From Octopus vulgaris (taxonomy: Eukaryota): 64,000 nt of DNA. The notes beneath the pieces were generated by a model, which saw only the letters and a list, made by a program, of their open reading frames with translations, was not told the origin of the DNA and did no database searches. This document shows positions 39,090-50,832 of the stretch, piece after piece. The stretch covers positions 5,208,001 through 5,272,000 of the forward strand of contig OX597820.1 in the NCBI GenBank assembly GCA_951406725.2. Direction: 5' to 3'. The position numbers and the translations under genes are program-made. Position 1 is the stretch's first letter, and the number at the start of each line of letters is the position of its first letter.

Positions 39090-39390
39090 CGCTAAATTCA
39101 GACAGAATTACTTCTCCTCAACTGGACCCTGCCCTTTTGAACATCATTCCAAAACACATAAAGGAGGAAAAAGATTTCATAACCTTCAAAAAGTTCCTGG
39201 ATGAATATCTCCAGCAAATTCTAGACAAACAACCTACACCCGGATATACTGCTGCAAACAGCAACTCTTTAATCGAATGGGCAACGGTGCCTAAAAATAA
39301 CTACACAAAAATACATTACTAAATGTCTTTTCCAGGTGGTGCTATTAAGTTAGTTATGGCTTGGACCAATGTGGCCGAAACCTATCTAAG
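39090..39390 (+). pseudogene. 3' fragment of a CR1/L2-group LINE ORF2 plus short tail
   Basis: NYFSSTGP..NIIPKHIKEEKDFITFKKFLDEYLQQILDKQPTPGY resembles the GP-x-L-x-N-x-LP...FK..LD..L..IPD-x-P C-terminus. Confidence 0.6.
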
Positions 39391-39689
39391 TGGTGGTGGT
39401 GGGTTGAATTACTTAAGGAGGCCTTCTGTATATACAGCTATTAGCTAAGTTGGATCTAATATAATGCGAGGAACCAAAACATTTTAATTACTTAAAATGA
39501 CAGCCGTAATTAGGACAAAATATATTAGCTTTCTGATTAATTGGAGATAACCATGAAAGTTTAATGTTATCGTTAAGATTGAGAACGGAGACTGCAGTTT
39601 GGATCGGTAGAGAGATGGGGAAAATGATAAAAGTTTTGAAGCATATTGCAAATGATGATTAACCACTCAGTTTTTCTTACACAAGTCAA

Positions 39690-40400
39690 ATACCAGTTAT
39701 ACAATAGGGTCTTTTCAATCCAGAAGTTACTGTACAAGAGTGTACAAAGGAGCCAGGACTAAGTACAAAGCCATGATAGAGAGTGATGCTAAGGGGATCT
39801 ACCCGCTGTACAGGAGTAAATCCTGGAACAACCGGTAATAAGATAAATAAGTCTTATAGTTGGTATGACAACCCCCCCACCCAAAGGTGTCATGTTTGTT
39901 GATGCTATCCCTGGCAGCAAACTAGAACTTTTTAGAAAAAACATTAAGTAAGGCTAATATACGAATTAAAGTAGTACAGAGGCCTAGTGCCCCTTTAAAA
40001 AATCCCTGATCTGCAATACCTATCCCTTTGGTAAGTACCCCTGTACGGAGAACATTTGTGTTGTATGCAGGATGAACCCACAGGTTAATTGTAAGGTAAG
40101 GACTATTAGTGTATAGCTTACGATGTACTGAAGGACGGTGCAGAAACATGACAATCACTTAAAATGGAGAGACTGCACGCAGCATAGGGGAGCATATAGG
40201 TGAACATCGGTGAGAGCTCAATGAAGGGAAACACTCGTCAGTGCTCTACCAACATGCTCAGGCAGAAACATGGATGCTCCATTAATAGCATAGAGGTTAA
40301 AGTACTATCGGCACAGAACTGACACGACACTTGGACAGTTTCTAGAGGCTACACACAGCAATAGATAGAACGATCCTCCGTAGAAAACATGAATGGAACA
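39690..40400 (+). pseudogene. Heavily decayed Penelope-like RT-thumb/GIY-YIG remnant
   Basis: Fragments across frameshifts: PLYRSKSWN, VMFVDAIPGSKL, IKVVQRP, C....CVVC......C, VYSLRC, GETARSIGEHIGEH. Confidence 0.68.
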
Positions 40401-40894
40401 GTAACACCCACCCCCACACCATATTACTAAAGACAGTAGGGATGAGAAGAGAGATGGAAAAAATAAAAACCGTAAATAATACACAGAAACATGCAGGGTT
40501 ATACACACACAATACACATTTATGCACTTACCTGTGATACTTATGAGAAATAGAGATAGATGTATAAAAAAGATATTAATAATGAGTGAATAAATAAATA
40601 TATAGATACATGAATAGATAAATATATAAATATATCTGTTACATATCTGTGATAGATATAAGACTTAGACATAGATACAGTAGCACAAACACACATGAAA
40701 TTTCATGGACGGCCATAACAATGTCAACAACACAAGTAACAACGTCAGCAGTAACGGCGGTGCCAACGACAGAAATAACAACAACCACGACAAGAACAAC
40801 TACCACGATGGCCACACCGTGGGCGAACACACATACACAGAGGAACATAGGAACTGTACCATTTTTTGGGGGGTGGTCTTAAGACAGCAGCAAC

Positions 40895-41165
40895 AACACC
40901 TAAAGCTCCACGAGGCTCCGGCAGGGGATAGTGGCGACCCCTGTTGTACTCTTTCGCTCCAACTTTCTCTCACTCTTTCTTCCTGTTTCTTGTCCCCGAC
41001 TTCCTACGCAACCGCTGAGCCTGGATGCGCATTCATCCATCCGTCAATGCTCTCGGTGTCGGGGGTTGACCTGCTTTCTCTTCTGCGGGTCTTACAAATA
41101 GCAAAGGATCACGTTTCGGACTTCTCCCATCTTGCGAGCTCTGGGACGAAGACCGTTCGCTCAAC
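40895..41165 (+). mobile_element. SINE family S3, headless body/tail
   Basis: Matches the reverse complement of 62598-62850. Confidence 0.85.
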
Positions 41166-41575
41166 AAACAAACAAACATACAAACAGCAGCAGCACAATG
41201 GGGTGAGAGGATGGGGCTGATGAGGGGAAGGCCATGATGTTGCTAAAAACTATGACACACACAAGCATACACACACATACACACACGCACGGACAAGGAC
41301 ACAAATGCATGCGCACATAAGGATACACATCTTAGAAGAACAGAATGGAGTAAATGTAACAAGAACACACATGAAAACGAAAAATGTTGCTGAAGAGGTC
41401 GCAGATGTGTGACGAAAGAGTTCGAGACAATGGACATAAGTTAAAATAAGAAATGTAATAAACGAGTTGAGAAAAATATATAGTGCGTCTGATTATTTGG
41501 CAATAAAAGACAAAAAATATCTGTTTCAACACACAATTTCACATCAGGAATCTTGCAAAACCAACTGATAAAAAA

Positions 41576-41610
<35 letters not shown>

Positions 41611-41667
41611 TGTATGTATGTATATGTATATGTATATATATATGTATATATATGTTATGTATATATA

Positions 41668-41743
<76 letters not shown>

Positions 41744-41744
41744 T

Positions 41745-41802
<58 letters not shown>

Positions 41803-41803
<1 letters not shown>

Positions 41804-42590
41804 CCAAAAATGGAACAAGAACGCAACAAACGACAATAAGACATCCAGACAGACAACGGGAAGACGGGCAGAAAAAGTAACAAAAGGACGGACAGGACAA
41901 AACAAGATCGGGCTATTCATGGCTTTCTCTCATCAGTCAAGTTTCCAGATTAGTCTTACAGTTTCGGCTTGTTACACTTGAGACTGTTCAAATCTGGCCG
42001 GATCCAAAAACCTAAGCGAAGAGCATGAAATATTTTGGGAGAACGCAAGCGAATGTGGGCGATAACAAAGGCCTAAAATTTAAAAAAACCCTCAAAAATG
42101 AAGAAAATATTACTCAGTTACAAATACAAGCAACGAGAAAATAACAACAGGTGTCTTTGGACTAATCGAGACGAATCAAGTTGAGCTGGTGTGTGTGTGG
42201 AGTGAAGGCCTTGAGGCAGGAACATAGATGAACATATGAGATGAAAGTCAGGAGAAAGGGATAAGGGATGAGTCGTGTCTGGCAGTCGAGCCAAGAAAGT
42301 AAGATCATGCTTGGCCGAACACCGATCACGTGAAAGGAAAGGAGGGTGGTAGGGGGCAGAAGGATTGAAGAATCAGGGGGAAGACGAGAAAGAGAAAAAA
42401 ATCAAGAGGACATGGAGAAGGTACAAGGGAGATAAACGAGGGAAAATAGGTAGATTAAAGAAAGAGAAGGGCAAGAAACGTGAAGGAGGGGAAGCGAGTA
42501 AAAAAGTAGAAAAGAAAGAAGAAAGTATGGGGAGGGAGTACTAAAAGAAGGAATATAAAAAAGTGGTACAGAATTTAGATATATACTTAT
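41803..42590 (-). mobile_element. Non-coding element carrying a permuted hammerhead near its (TA)n-abutting end
   Basis: Shares the CT-rich tract, TCACGTGA, AAGACACCTGTTGTT block and ribozyme motif with 30480-31288 and 35608-35990. Confidence 0.6.
41929..41987 (-). ncRNA. Candidate non-circularly permuted hammerhead (fully canonical core nucleotides)
   Basis: Minus strand ACAG-TC-TCAAGT-gtaacaagcC-GAAA-CTGT-aagactaatctggaa-ACTTGA-CTGATGA-G. Confidence 0.68.
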
Positions 42591-42836
42591 GTACAAGGTG
42601 AGCAAAAGTGTACGTACGCCGCTTTATGTGTTATAAATCCCCCCAAAACGGAACATGAACGCAACAGACGACAATAAAACACCCGGACAGACGATAGAAA
42701 GACGAAGAGGAAAAACAACAAAAGGTTGGACAGGAAAAGCAATGAAAAGATGAACAGGACAAAAAAAGGACGGGCTATTCGTGGCCTTCTATTATCAGTC
42801 AAGTTTCTAGATATACACATATACGTGCATATGCAC

Positions 42837-42887
<51 letters not shown>

Positions 42888-42895
42888 TATATAAT

Positions 42896-43713
42896 ATATA
42901 ATATATTAATAAATAAAATAAAACATATGCATATATATATACATATATGTACGTACCTACCTCTACATGTACATATACACGCATATATGAGTACAGGACA
43001 CCAAAAGGACGTCGAACACAATGAGAAACGAAAACATAGACACAAACCAAAGGAACTGAACATTTATTTAAAAACAGCAAAAAAATAGAGTACAGGACAA
43101 TTAACACAAAGAAAAAAACCCTTCTTCAGTCGCTAAAGGTTTCATCTACTCTACGTTTCGAAGGATAAAAGCGAGACGTATCTTCGACAAGAAAACTTTC
43201 CTTCCTGCGAAAAGCAAATCAATTAAAATTCTGAGATCTTTTCGCAGATGGGTAAAAAATGGTAACAGGACAGTAACGACAGTACAAATTGTAAACAGTA
43301 AAAGACAGGACAAGGAAAAACAAGATAAGAAGGGCTGTTGACGCCGAACGAAAAAAAGTATTGCAAACGCAGAATTTTTTGTGGACGACGAGCGGAGCAA
43401 AAAGAATGTCGTCCATTACCTTGAGAGAGAGAGAGTGAAGAATGAGAGAGAGGAAGAGACAAGTTAAGTAGAGGAAAAGGAAAACAAAGAATGAAGGCTG
43501 AGAAAGGGATGGAACAGAAAGGTTAAGAGTGCGCGTGAGAGTTAATATCAAGAACAAAAAACTTGATATAAAGAACAATCTTAAATAAGTGGGTGCGTGC
43601 GTTTCATCATATAATATATTAATAAATAAAATAAAACATATGCATATATATAAACATATATGTACGTACCTACCTCTACATGTACATATACACGCATATA
43701 TGAGTCCAGGACA

Positions 43714-43717
<4 letters not shown>
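42896..43717 (-). mobile_element. Non-coding element bounded by 109-bp direct repeats
   Basis: 42896-43004 and 43609-43717 are near-identical (offset 713). Confidence 0.75.
43119..43180 (-). ncRNA. Candidate non-circularly permuted hammerhead, divergent subfamily
   Basis: Minus strand TACG-TC-TCGCT-tttatccttc-GAAA-CGTA-gagtagatgaaaccttt-AGCGA-CTGAAGA-AGGG. Confidence 0.68.
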
Positions 43718-43756
<39 letters not shown>

Positions 43757-43826
43757 GTGAGGACGCCATGATAGATCGTTAGCTCCTACTGGCATTTTTT
43801 TCTCTCCTTGTTTTTTTTCTGTGTAT

Positions 43827-43862
43827 CTTTCTGTCGAAGAGCATAGGCTCGAAACGTAAAAG
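43827..43862 (+). ncRNA. Minimal hammerhead-like motif with CUGUCGA core
   Basis: CTTT-CTGTCGA-A-GAGC-atag-GCTC-GAAAC-GTA-AAAG. Confidence 0.45.
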
Positions 43863-43955
43863 ACTTTTTCTATTCTTGAGCGCTATACTAATACATTTGT
43901 GTGTTTGTACTCCACCTGCCTTCGTCTTTTGTTTATTTTTGTAAACTTACTTTCC

Positions 43956-43989
<34 letters not shown>

Positions 43990-46155
43990 GCATATGTATG
44001 CATATACATACGCACAAACTTATACTCACGTACACACACACATATACATAGAAGCGTGGTGTATGTGTGTGTTGTGTGTTTGGCGATTCTTCGTAGTTCG
44101 ACGTCGAGGATTCAGTTGCTTGACCAACTTAATTACCTGTGACTGAATTCACGAGTGAAGTGGTTGTGTATTCCACAGATACGTGTGCCTCTAATATGAC
44201 TCTCAAGCAGAGTCAGCATCATGCAGTGTCTGCCATAGCTGTGCATTTGCATTGCAAGTCTCATCCATCAGATAGGTTTCCGGACAGTTTCCGTCAACAC
44301 AACGACACTGACTCTCGGCGCAGACGCATCAAGTCGATGACCGACTGATTGTGAAACGAATTCCTTAATCTCGTATCCATATTTTTGCCAGGGCCTGCGT
44401 TATTTCTATAAAGGATGAACTTCTTTTAAAAATAGAAACGTGCATGTATTTCTCCATGTTGTCATAATTAATTTATTCATTAATACATGACCACCCCTCC
44501 AGATATTTGAGGAAGGTCCTGGCTTTTCAAATAATATTAGCGTCTCTGAGTGAATCCACCTAGATTTTCTTTCTGTGGTTCTGAATCTGACATCCAAATT
44601 CTACGATGCGTAACATTTCCTGAATTTAAGATAACATTTTATTCTCTTCTGAACGATGCCTGTTAACCATAATTAAGATCTCTGTAAAAGACAAACTGCT
44701 ATAAAGATATCAAACCATTCCACACTATTATGAGCTTTGTCTTTTACAGTTGTTGCACCAGTGTAATCTTGGTGTGCGCGGCGTCAAAAGCCGTTTCGTT
44801 TTTATGGCTTCCTTATTGGCTGTTACAGATCAGGAGACAAACACCCCAAACACTAAAAGAGAATTGAGGAAAAAAAAAGACGAACAACGTAAGACAGGCA
44901 CGTTTTACACCTCCCTGCATTTGCTGCTTGATGAATCTGGAGATAATACTTTCAGAGGCATTGTGTTTCGTGTTCAAGTGTTGCCTTAATTATCCAACCA
45001 AGATATCTCACGTTTATACTATGTACTTTATGTACTCAGTTAGATTACATTTTACGACCTCGCATCGTCTTTTTTCTTGCTTTTCTTCAATATTCTTGCA
45101 TGCAGAAAAACTTTTTGACACTACAGCAATTTCTACACTCTTCTGACGTCATATGCCTCTATGCCACACACACACACACACACACGCACTCACACTTTCT
45201 CTCTGGTGGGCCTCGCCCTCCGTTCTGAGGAATCGGCACGAGCGAGCGACACACATACGTTAGCCGTTATTTGTTCATCTGAATACCAGATGATAACAGA
45301 ACCGAGTTCGTTCCTTCTTCTCATACATCACCACTAGTTAGGTTTCATTGACACGAATACACATCATCATCATCATCATCTTCTTCTTCTTCTTCTTCTT
45401 CTTCTTCTTCTTCTTCTTCTTCTTCTTCTTCTTCTTCTCCTCCTCCTCCTCCTCCTCCTTCTTCTTCTTCTTCTTCTTCTTCTTCTTCTTCTTCTTCTTC
45501 TACACACACACACACATATGCCATCTCGTATATGTACGCTTATACCAACATGCATACAAATACGGACCACACACACACACACGTACACACACACGTACAC
45601 ACACACGTACACACACACGTACACACACACGTACACACACACACACATACACACACACACACGTATACACACACACACGTACACACACATGTTAAAGCGA
45701 TGGCAAGTCAATATAAGATTATATTGTCTCAGTTTTCAAATTTTATTGTTGTTTAGACCATAAAAAACAACTTGGCGTGGAAACTTAGATTTCCTATTTC
45801 GAATCGTTATCGCGCAGCCTGTGATAAAACACCGATTGGTACCAACATTAACAGGCACCCCATATACACCTGCAGACACCCTCTCTCAATCTCTTTACCA
45901 ACCTCACACTAACACCCACGGACACCCTTTCCCTCAGCACGTTTGTTTTTCATTCTCTGCTTCGGTATCTCGTTCACACACAAGCGTCTATGTATGTGTG
46001 CATTTGTATGTGTGTGTGTGTTTGTGTGTATGTATGAGTATGTGTGTATATACATATATATGTGTGTGTGTGTATATATATATATATGTGTGTGTGTATG
46101 TGTGTGTGTGTATGTGTGTGTGTGTGTATGTGTGTGTATTAATAATTATAACGAC

Positions 46156-46483
46156 AGAGAATATGGAGAGTGGTGCATCCTCAGAACTTATTTCCTTTTA
46201 TTTTACGGTTTGTCACACTGCATATTTTTATGGCTACGACGACCGACACGTGTTTCCACAGCACGGAGTATGTGCAGTTGAATATAAAAGCCGATATAAT
46301 ACTCTGTGCAGGTTCGAGACAAGCTGGTTGAAAGACGCTGAACGAAGCTGCACAGAAAATTACGCCCAGTTTTTTTATATATACTACAGCACATGCTCTG
46401 TCGTCGTAACCATAAAAAGTGCTGTGGCAAATCGTAAAATAAAAGGAAGTAATTTCAAGGATGTACCAGTCTTCATATTCTCT
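46156..46483. repeat. Diverged inverted repeat (about 95-bp arms)
   Basis: 46156-46252 vs 46390-46483. Confidence 0.75.
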
Positions 46484-46700
46484 AGATAATATTACCATCT
46501 AGTGAAACAAACATGGAATTACCCATCGATAATTTACAACGTAACAACTCCTTCATAGACATTAAATACTAATGGATGCAGTTAGCCGTAACCTGGAACA
46601 TAACTGAGAGCTACCAAGGTAATCGCCCGGGTAATATGTCGCTTTAAACTCACACTAATATACATATATGTGTGTGTGTGTATGTATATATATACATATG

Positions 46701-46769
<69 letters not shown>

Positions 46770-46888
46770 GAGGGCATTATTACACATAAATGCCTCACGC
46801 TAAGAGGGACATCAGTCATTTCTACCAAAACTTTTACTAATCATACCCAATGCAATTTTTCAAAGCAAGACATTTAAAAAATGAATTT

Positions 46889-46956
46889 AGTCTTACATCA
46901 CCTGTGATTTCGCACTTACCGCAGACGAATTTGCGACCATGCTCATCAGTAACACT
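46889..46956 (-). ncRNA. Type I hammerhead (cleavage triplet mutated to AUG)
   Basis: Minus strand AGTgTTA-CTGATGA-GCA...TGC-GAAA-TCACagGTGA-TG-TAAGACT. Confidence 0.7.
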
Positions 46957-47129
46957 GATTCTGAACATATCATAAATAAACGACCAGTACCGTCAAAGTC
47001 GAACAGCCAACTGCCCTATTCCAACGAAGCACATGGAGAAGTTTACAAATCATATATCCGGTAAATGGCGGGCAGTTGGCTGTTCGACTTTGACGGTACT
47101 GGTCGTTTATTTATGATATGTTCAGAATC

Positions 47130-47197
47130 AGTCTTACTGATGTGCATGGTCGCAAATTCTTCTGCGGTAAGTGCGAAATCACAGGTGATATAAGACT
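47130..47197 (+). ncRNA. Type I hammerhead (A9 mutated to U)
   Basis: AGTCTTA-CTGATGT-GCA...TGC-GAAA-TCACagGTGA-TA-TAAGACT. Confidence 0.7.
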
Positions 47198-47442
47198 AAA
47201 TTCAATTTTTAAATGTCTTGCTTTGAAAAATTGCATTGGGTATGATTAGTAAAATTTTTGGTAGAAATGACTGATGTCCCTCTTAGCGTGAGGCATTTAT
47301 GTGTAATAATGCCCTCTATATATAAATTAATATGTTCAATAAGAAAGAATTATTTTCGAAATTTTTCTCTTATGAGGTTTTTCACGCTATCTACCTGATA
47401 ATTTCTTGTTAAGATTCCTTATTAAGAAGTTATCCTTAATTG

Positions 47443-47508
<66 letters not shown>

Positions 47509-47599
47509 GCATATATGGGTACGACGCCACCAACAATAAGCAACGTGAAATACGAAAACAACGAGGAAACAAATGGAGAAATGGAATACATAAAAAGCG

Positions 47600-47662
47600 A
47601 CCCTTCATCAGTTGTTGGCTGCCTATATACTCCTCACTTCGAGTAATGAACGGCAATACGAG
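47600..47662 (-). ncRNA. Decayed non-circularly permuted hammerhead
   Basis: Minus strand CTCG-TA-TTGCCG-ttcattACTC-GAAG-TGAG-gagtatataggcagc-CAACAA-CTGATGA-A-GGGT. Confidence 0.5.
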
Positions 47663-47934
47663 TCTTGGAAGACAGTTCGTCCCATAAGAATAAATTTGGG
47701 AATTATGGAGGGTCAAAGTTGGGAACAAAAACAGGACAGTGGAGACATACAAAGAAACCGAAGAAAAAAACAAACATGGAGGGGCGTTAGACCAGAACAA
47801 GGTTAAAATAGTGAACACTGCAGAATATTCTCCTTCACGAGAGAAAAGCTATAAGAGAAAGATATGATACGTTCAGCCCTTGGGACAGTTCCTCGTGTGA
47901 GGAAAAGAAAGATGGACGATGGTTACGTGTGAGC

Positions 47935-47973
<39 letters not shown>

Positions 47974-48155
47974 AAGGAGAAAGTGGGACAGAGAGACAGA
48001 TAGAGCACGGTAAAGGAGAGAAAATGGAAATTAGAGAAAGGATGAGAGAGAAAGCGATAGGGGAGAAAACAGTATAGAGTAGAGTCGCATCAAAAAGACT
48101 AAGATAAACTTACTTGGAAATGGATGCGTCGCGTTCAATTAAATAATACTACAAA

Positions 48156-48203
<48 letters not shown>

Positions 48204-48400
48204 ATATGCATATAAATATAAATATTGTTGCAAAATATCGTTATCGGTGTAAATATACCATAAACAATTATTGGAACGTAAACACACCAACGCCTGCTGT
48301 CAAGAGGTGTTGGGGACAAGTACATGCGTACGCGTGCACACACACATACACATCCAACTCTTACAGCGTGGAAGACATATTAGCCACTGCCGTATTTTTA

Positions 48401-48463
48401 CCACTGAGAGCGAAATTTTTACCACTGAGAGCGAAATTTTTACCACTGAGAGCGAAATTTTTA
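48401..48463. repeat. 21-bp tandem repeat x3
   Basis: CCACTGAGAGCGAAATTTTTA three times. Confidence 0.95.
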
Positions 48464-48581
48464 AGTGAAAGGAACAGTTTTTGTGAGTTTTTGAAAGCCT
48501 ACTACATGTTGTCTATACAGTAATTGTTTTAATTTTAACACACTTTTATATCAAATCACTCACCAGCCAAGTACCTCTCCG

Positions 48582-48583
<2 letters not shown>

Positions 48584-48612
<29 letters not shown>

Positions 48613-49105
48613 TGTATGTATGTATGTATGTATGTATGTATGTATGTATGTATGTATGTATGTATGTATGTATGTATGTATGTATGTATGTATGTATGTA
48701 TTTATGTATGTATGTATGTATGTATGTATGTATGTTTGTATGTATGTATGTATGTATGTATGTATGTATGTATGTATGTATGTATGTATGTATGTATGTA
48801 TGTATTTATGTATGTATGTATGTATGTATGTATGTATGTATGTATGTATGTATGTATGTATGCATGTATGAATGTATGTATGTATGTATGTATGTATTTA
48901 TGTATGTATGTATGTATGTATGTATGTATGTATGTATGTATGTATGTATGTATGAATGTATGTATATATGTATGTATGTATACATGTATGTATGTATGTA
49001 TGTATGTATGTATGTATGTATGTATGTATGAATGAATGTATGTATATATGTATGTATACATAAATGTATGTATGTATGTATGTATGTATGTATGTATGTA
49101 TGTAT
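48584..49105. repeat. (TATG)n tetranucleotide microsatellite
   Basis: Direct reading. Confidence 0.97.
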
Positions 49106-49711
49106 GCATCCCAGCAATTAGGAGTAAACGAAATAATAATTATTTTCTTTGGAATATATTTTTGGCTGAAATAAGAATGTAGATTTTGGAATAAAAAATA
49201 GAAACGTTTTGCTATTCTTGTTGATTCTAAAATTCAATGTGGATGTTTAAATAAATATTCCAGATGTTTTTATTTCAGGACGAATTTGGAGAGCTTTAAT
49301 TAGACAGTTTTAAGAGTATGTGATTTGACATTAATTAAACACATAATTAATTGAAAATTTATGATCGAAAAAGTGTTTCCGCTTTATATCACCATCGAAA
49401 TTCTTGGTTGTCGTGGTGCTAATTGAATAGTCTAAAATACTATGGCACCAGATCAAAAGGTTTAAAACTAGAGAGGTCAAATGGTGGTGGCGACGGTGAT
49501 GGCGGTTCTGGTGGTTGTACCGGTGGTGGTGGTGGTGGTGGTAGAATAAGGTAGAATGTTATATATATATATGTTATATATTTTCTTTAGTTAACTAATT
49601 TTGTAACATTTATTTTGGAATGAAACAAAATTAATTACGAAATGTCAGCGACAAGAAATGAACGAATTCACAAAGGAACATATACAGAGTGGACAGCTGA
49701 ATGTGTGTGTT

Positions 49712-49778
<67 letters not shown>

Positions 49779-50037
49779 ATGGTGGAAAAATCCAACATTT
49801 TGGACAGAACATTTCTTCAAGGAAAAGTTGACAGGACAGAAATTAAAAAGACATCTCATCTCAGAGATTATCTGTGTTCTCTTTCCCTTTAATCCTTCTC
49901 TTGATAAATGAATCTGTCCGAAACGTTAAATTTCTCACTCGCCACGGAAAGTTAACTCTACTCGTTTTGATGTGTTCACTAAATAATGAGAAACTTGTTG
50001 ACGCAGAACAACCTGATATTTCCGGAGTCTTTCGATT

Positions 50038-50073
<36 letters not shown>

Positions 50074-50832
50074 CTACTCTCGTCTTATTCGCACTGATTA
50101 TTAATAAGACTTTTAAGTGCTTGATGTAGTGTTTCCATTATTTGTCAATCTCTTGTTTCCCTGCAGTCATCGCTGAGTATTCATAAACCGAAAACATTTC
50201 AAAATTATGCAGGTTCATTCCAGCAAATGTCTCTGTATGTCCACTTAACGGAATTTTTCGAATTATTTCTGTGTCAATATCTTGTCCTTCTTTTCTGTAA
50301 TGATATCCAGACATCTACAATATATCGCATCCATTAGATTCTGTGAGTTTTAACTGCAACAATGTTTTAATTTAAAGGCGTGTCCATCCTTGAACTCCGA
50401 ACCTTCGCTCAAATATAATAATGTAGTACAAGTTGATTATCCGCATTTTGTAAGAGTGGCGTTGGAAACTTGTTTATTAACTTTTCCGATCGTTAAATAT
50501 TTTAAAATATTTGGGGTTTTCTTCTGATTTTCATGATTTGTTGTTTTGCTTGTACATGTTTTAAGAATTCTGTTGATCTTCATTTAAGTTAGGTAAGTTT
50601 TTATACATAACGTAGAATATTTCATAATTTCTAGAGTTAAATATAGATTACATTTTTACTTTGTTCTTGAATATCTTAAATATTTATATGTTTTGCCTGA
50701 AATTATTATAGATTTTGAAATATTATAAGTTTATCGAGGTCTTCTTGCTATAAAAAGAAACAGCCATTTAAATATCTTTTGCAGTTATCGTTCAAATATG
50801 TGTAAAATATCCAAAATTTCGGAAAGATTCAT

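Larger units (their letters stand above)
46760..47326. mobile_element. Foldback PLE-like element, 257-bp inverted arms
   Basis: 46760-47016 vs 47070-47326, 53-bp spacer, few mismatches; (TA)n flanks. Confidence 0.9.

Noticed and set aside
48401-48463. CRISPR-like array or ultra-minimal ribozyme repeats (CTGAGAG-CGAAA)
   Set aside because: Head-to-tail 21-mers with no spacers; no pairing stems and an incomplete core.
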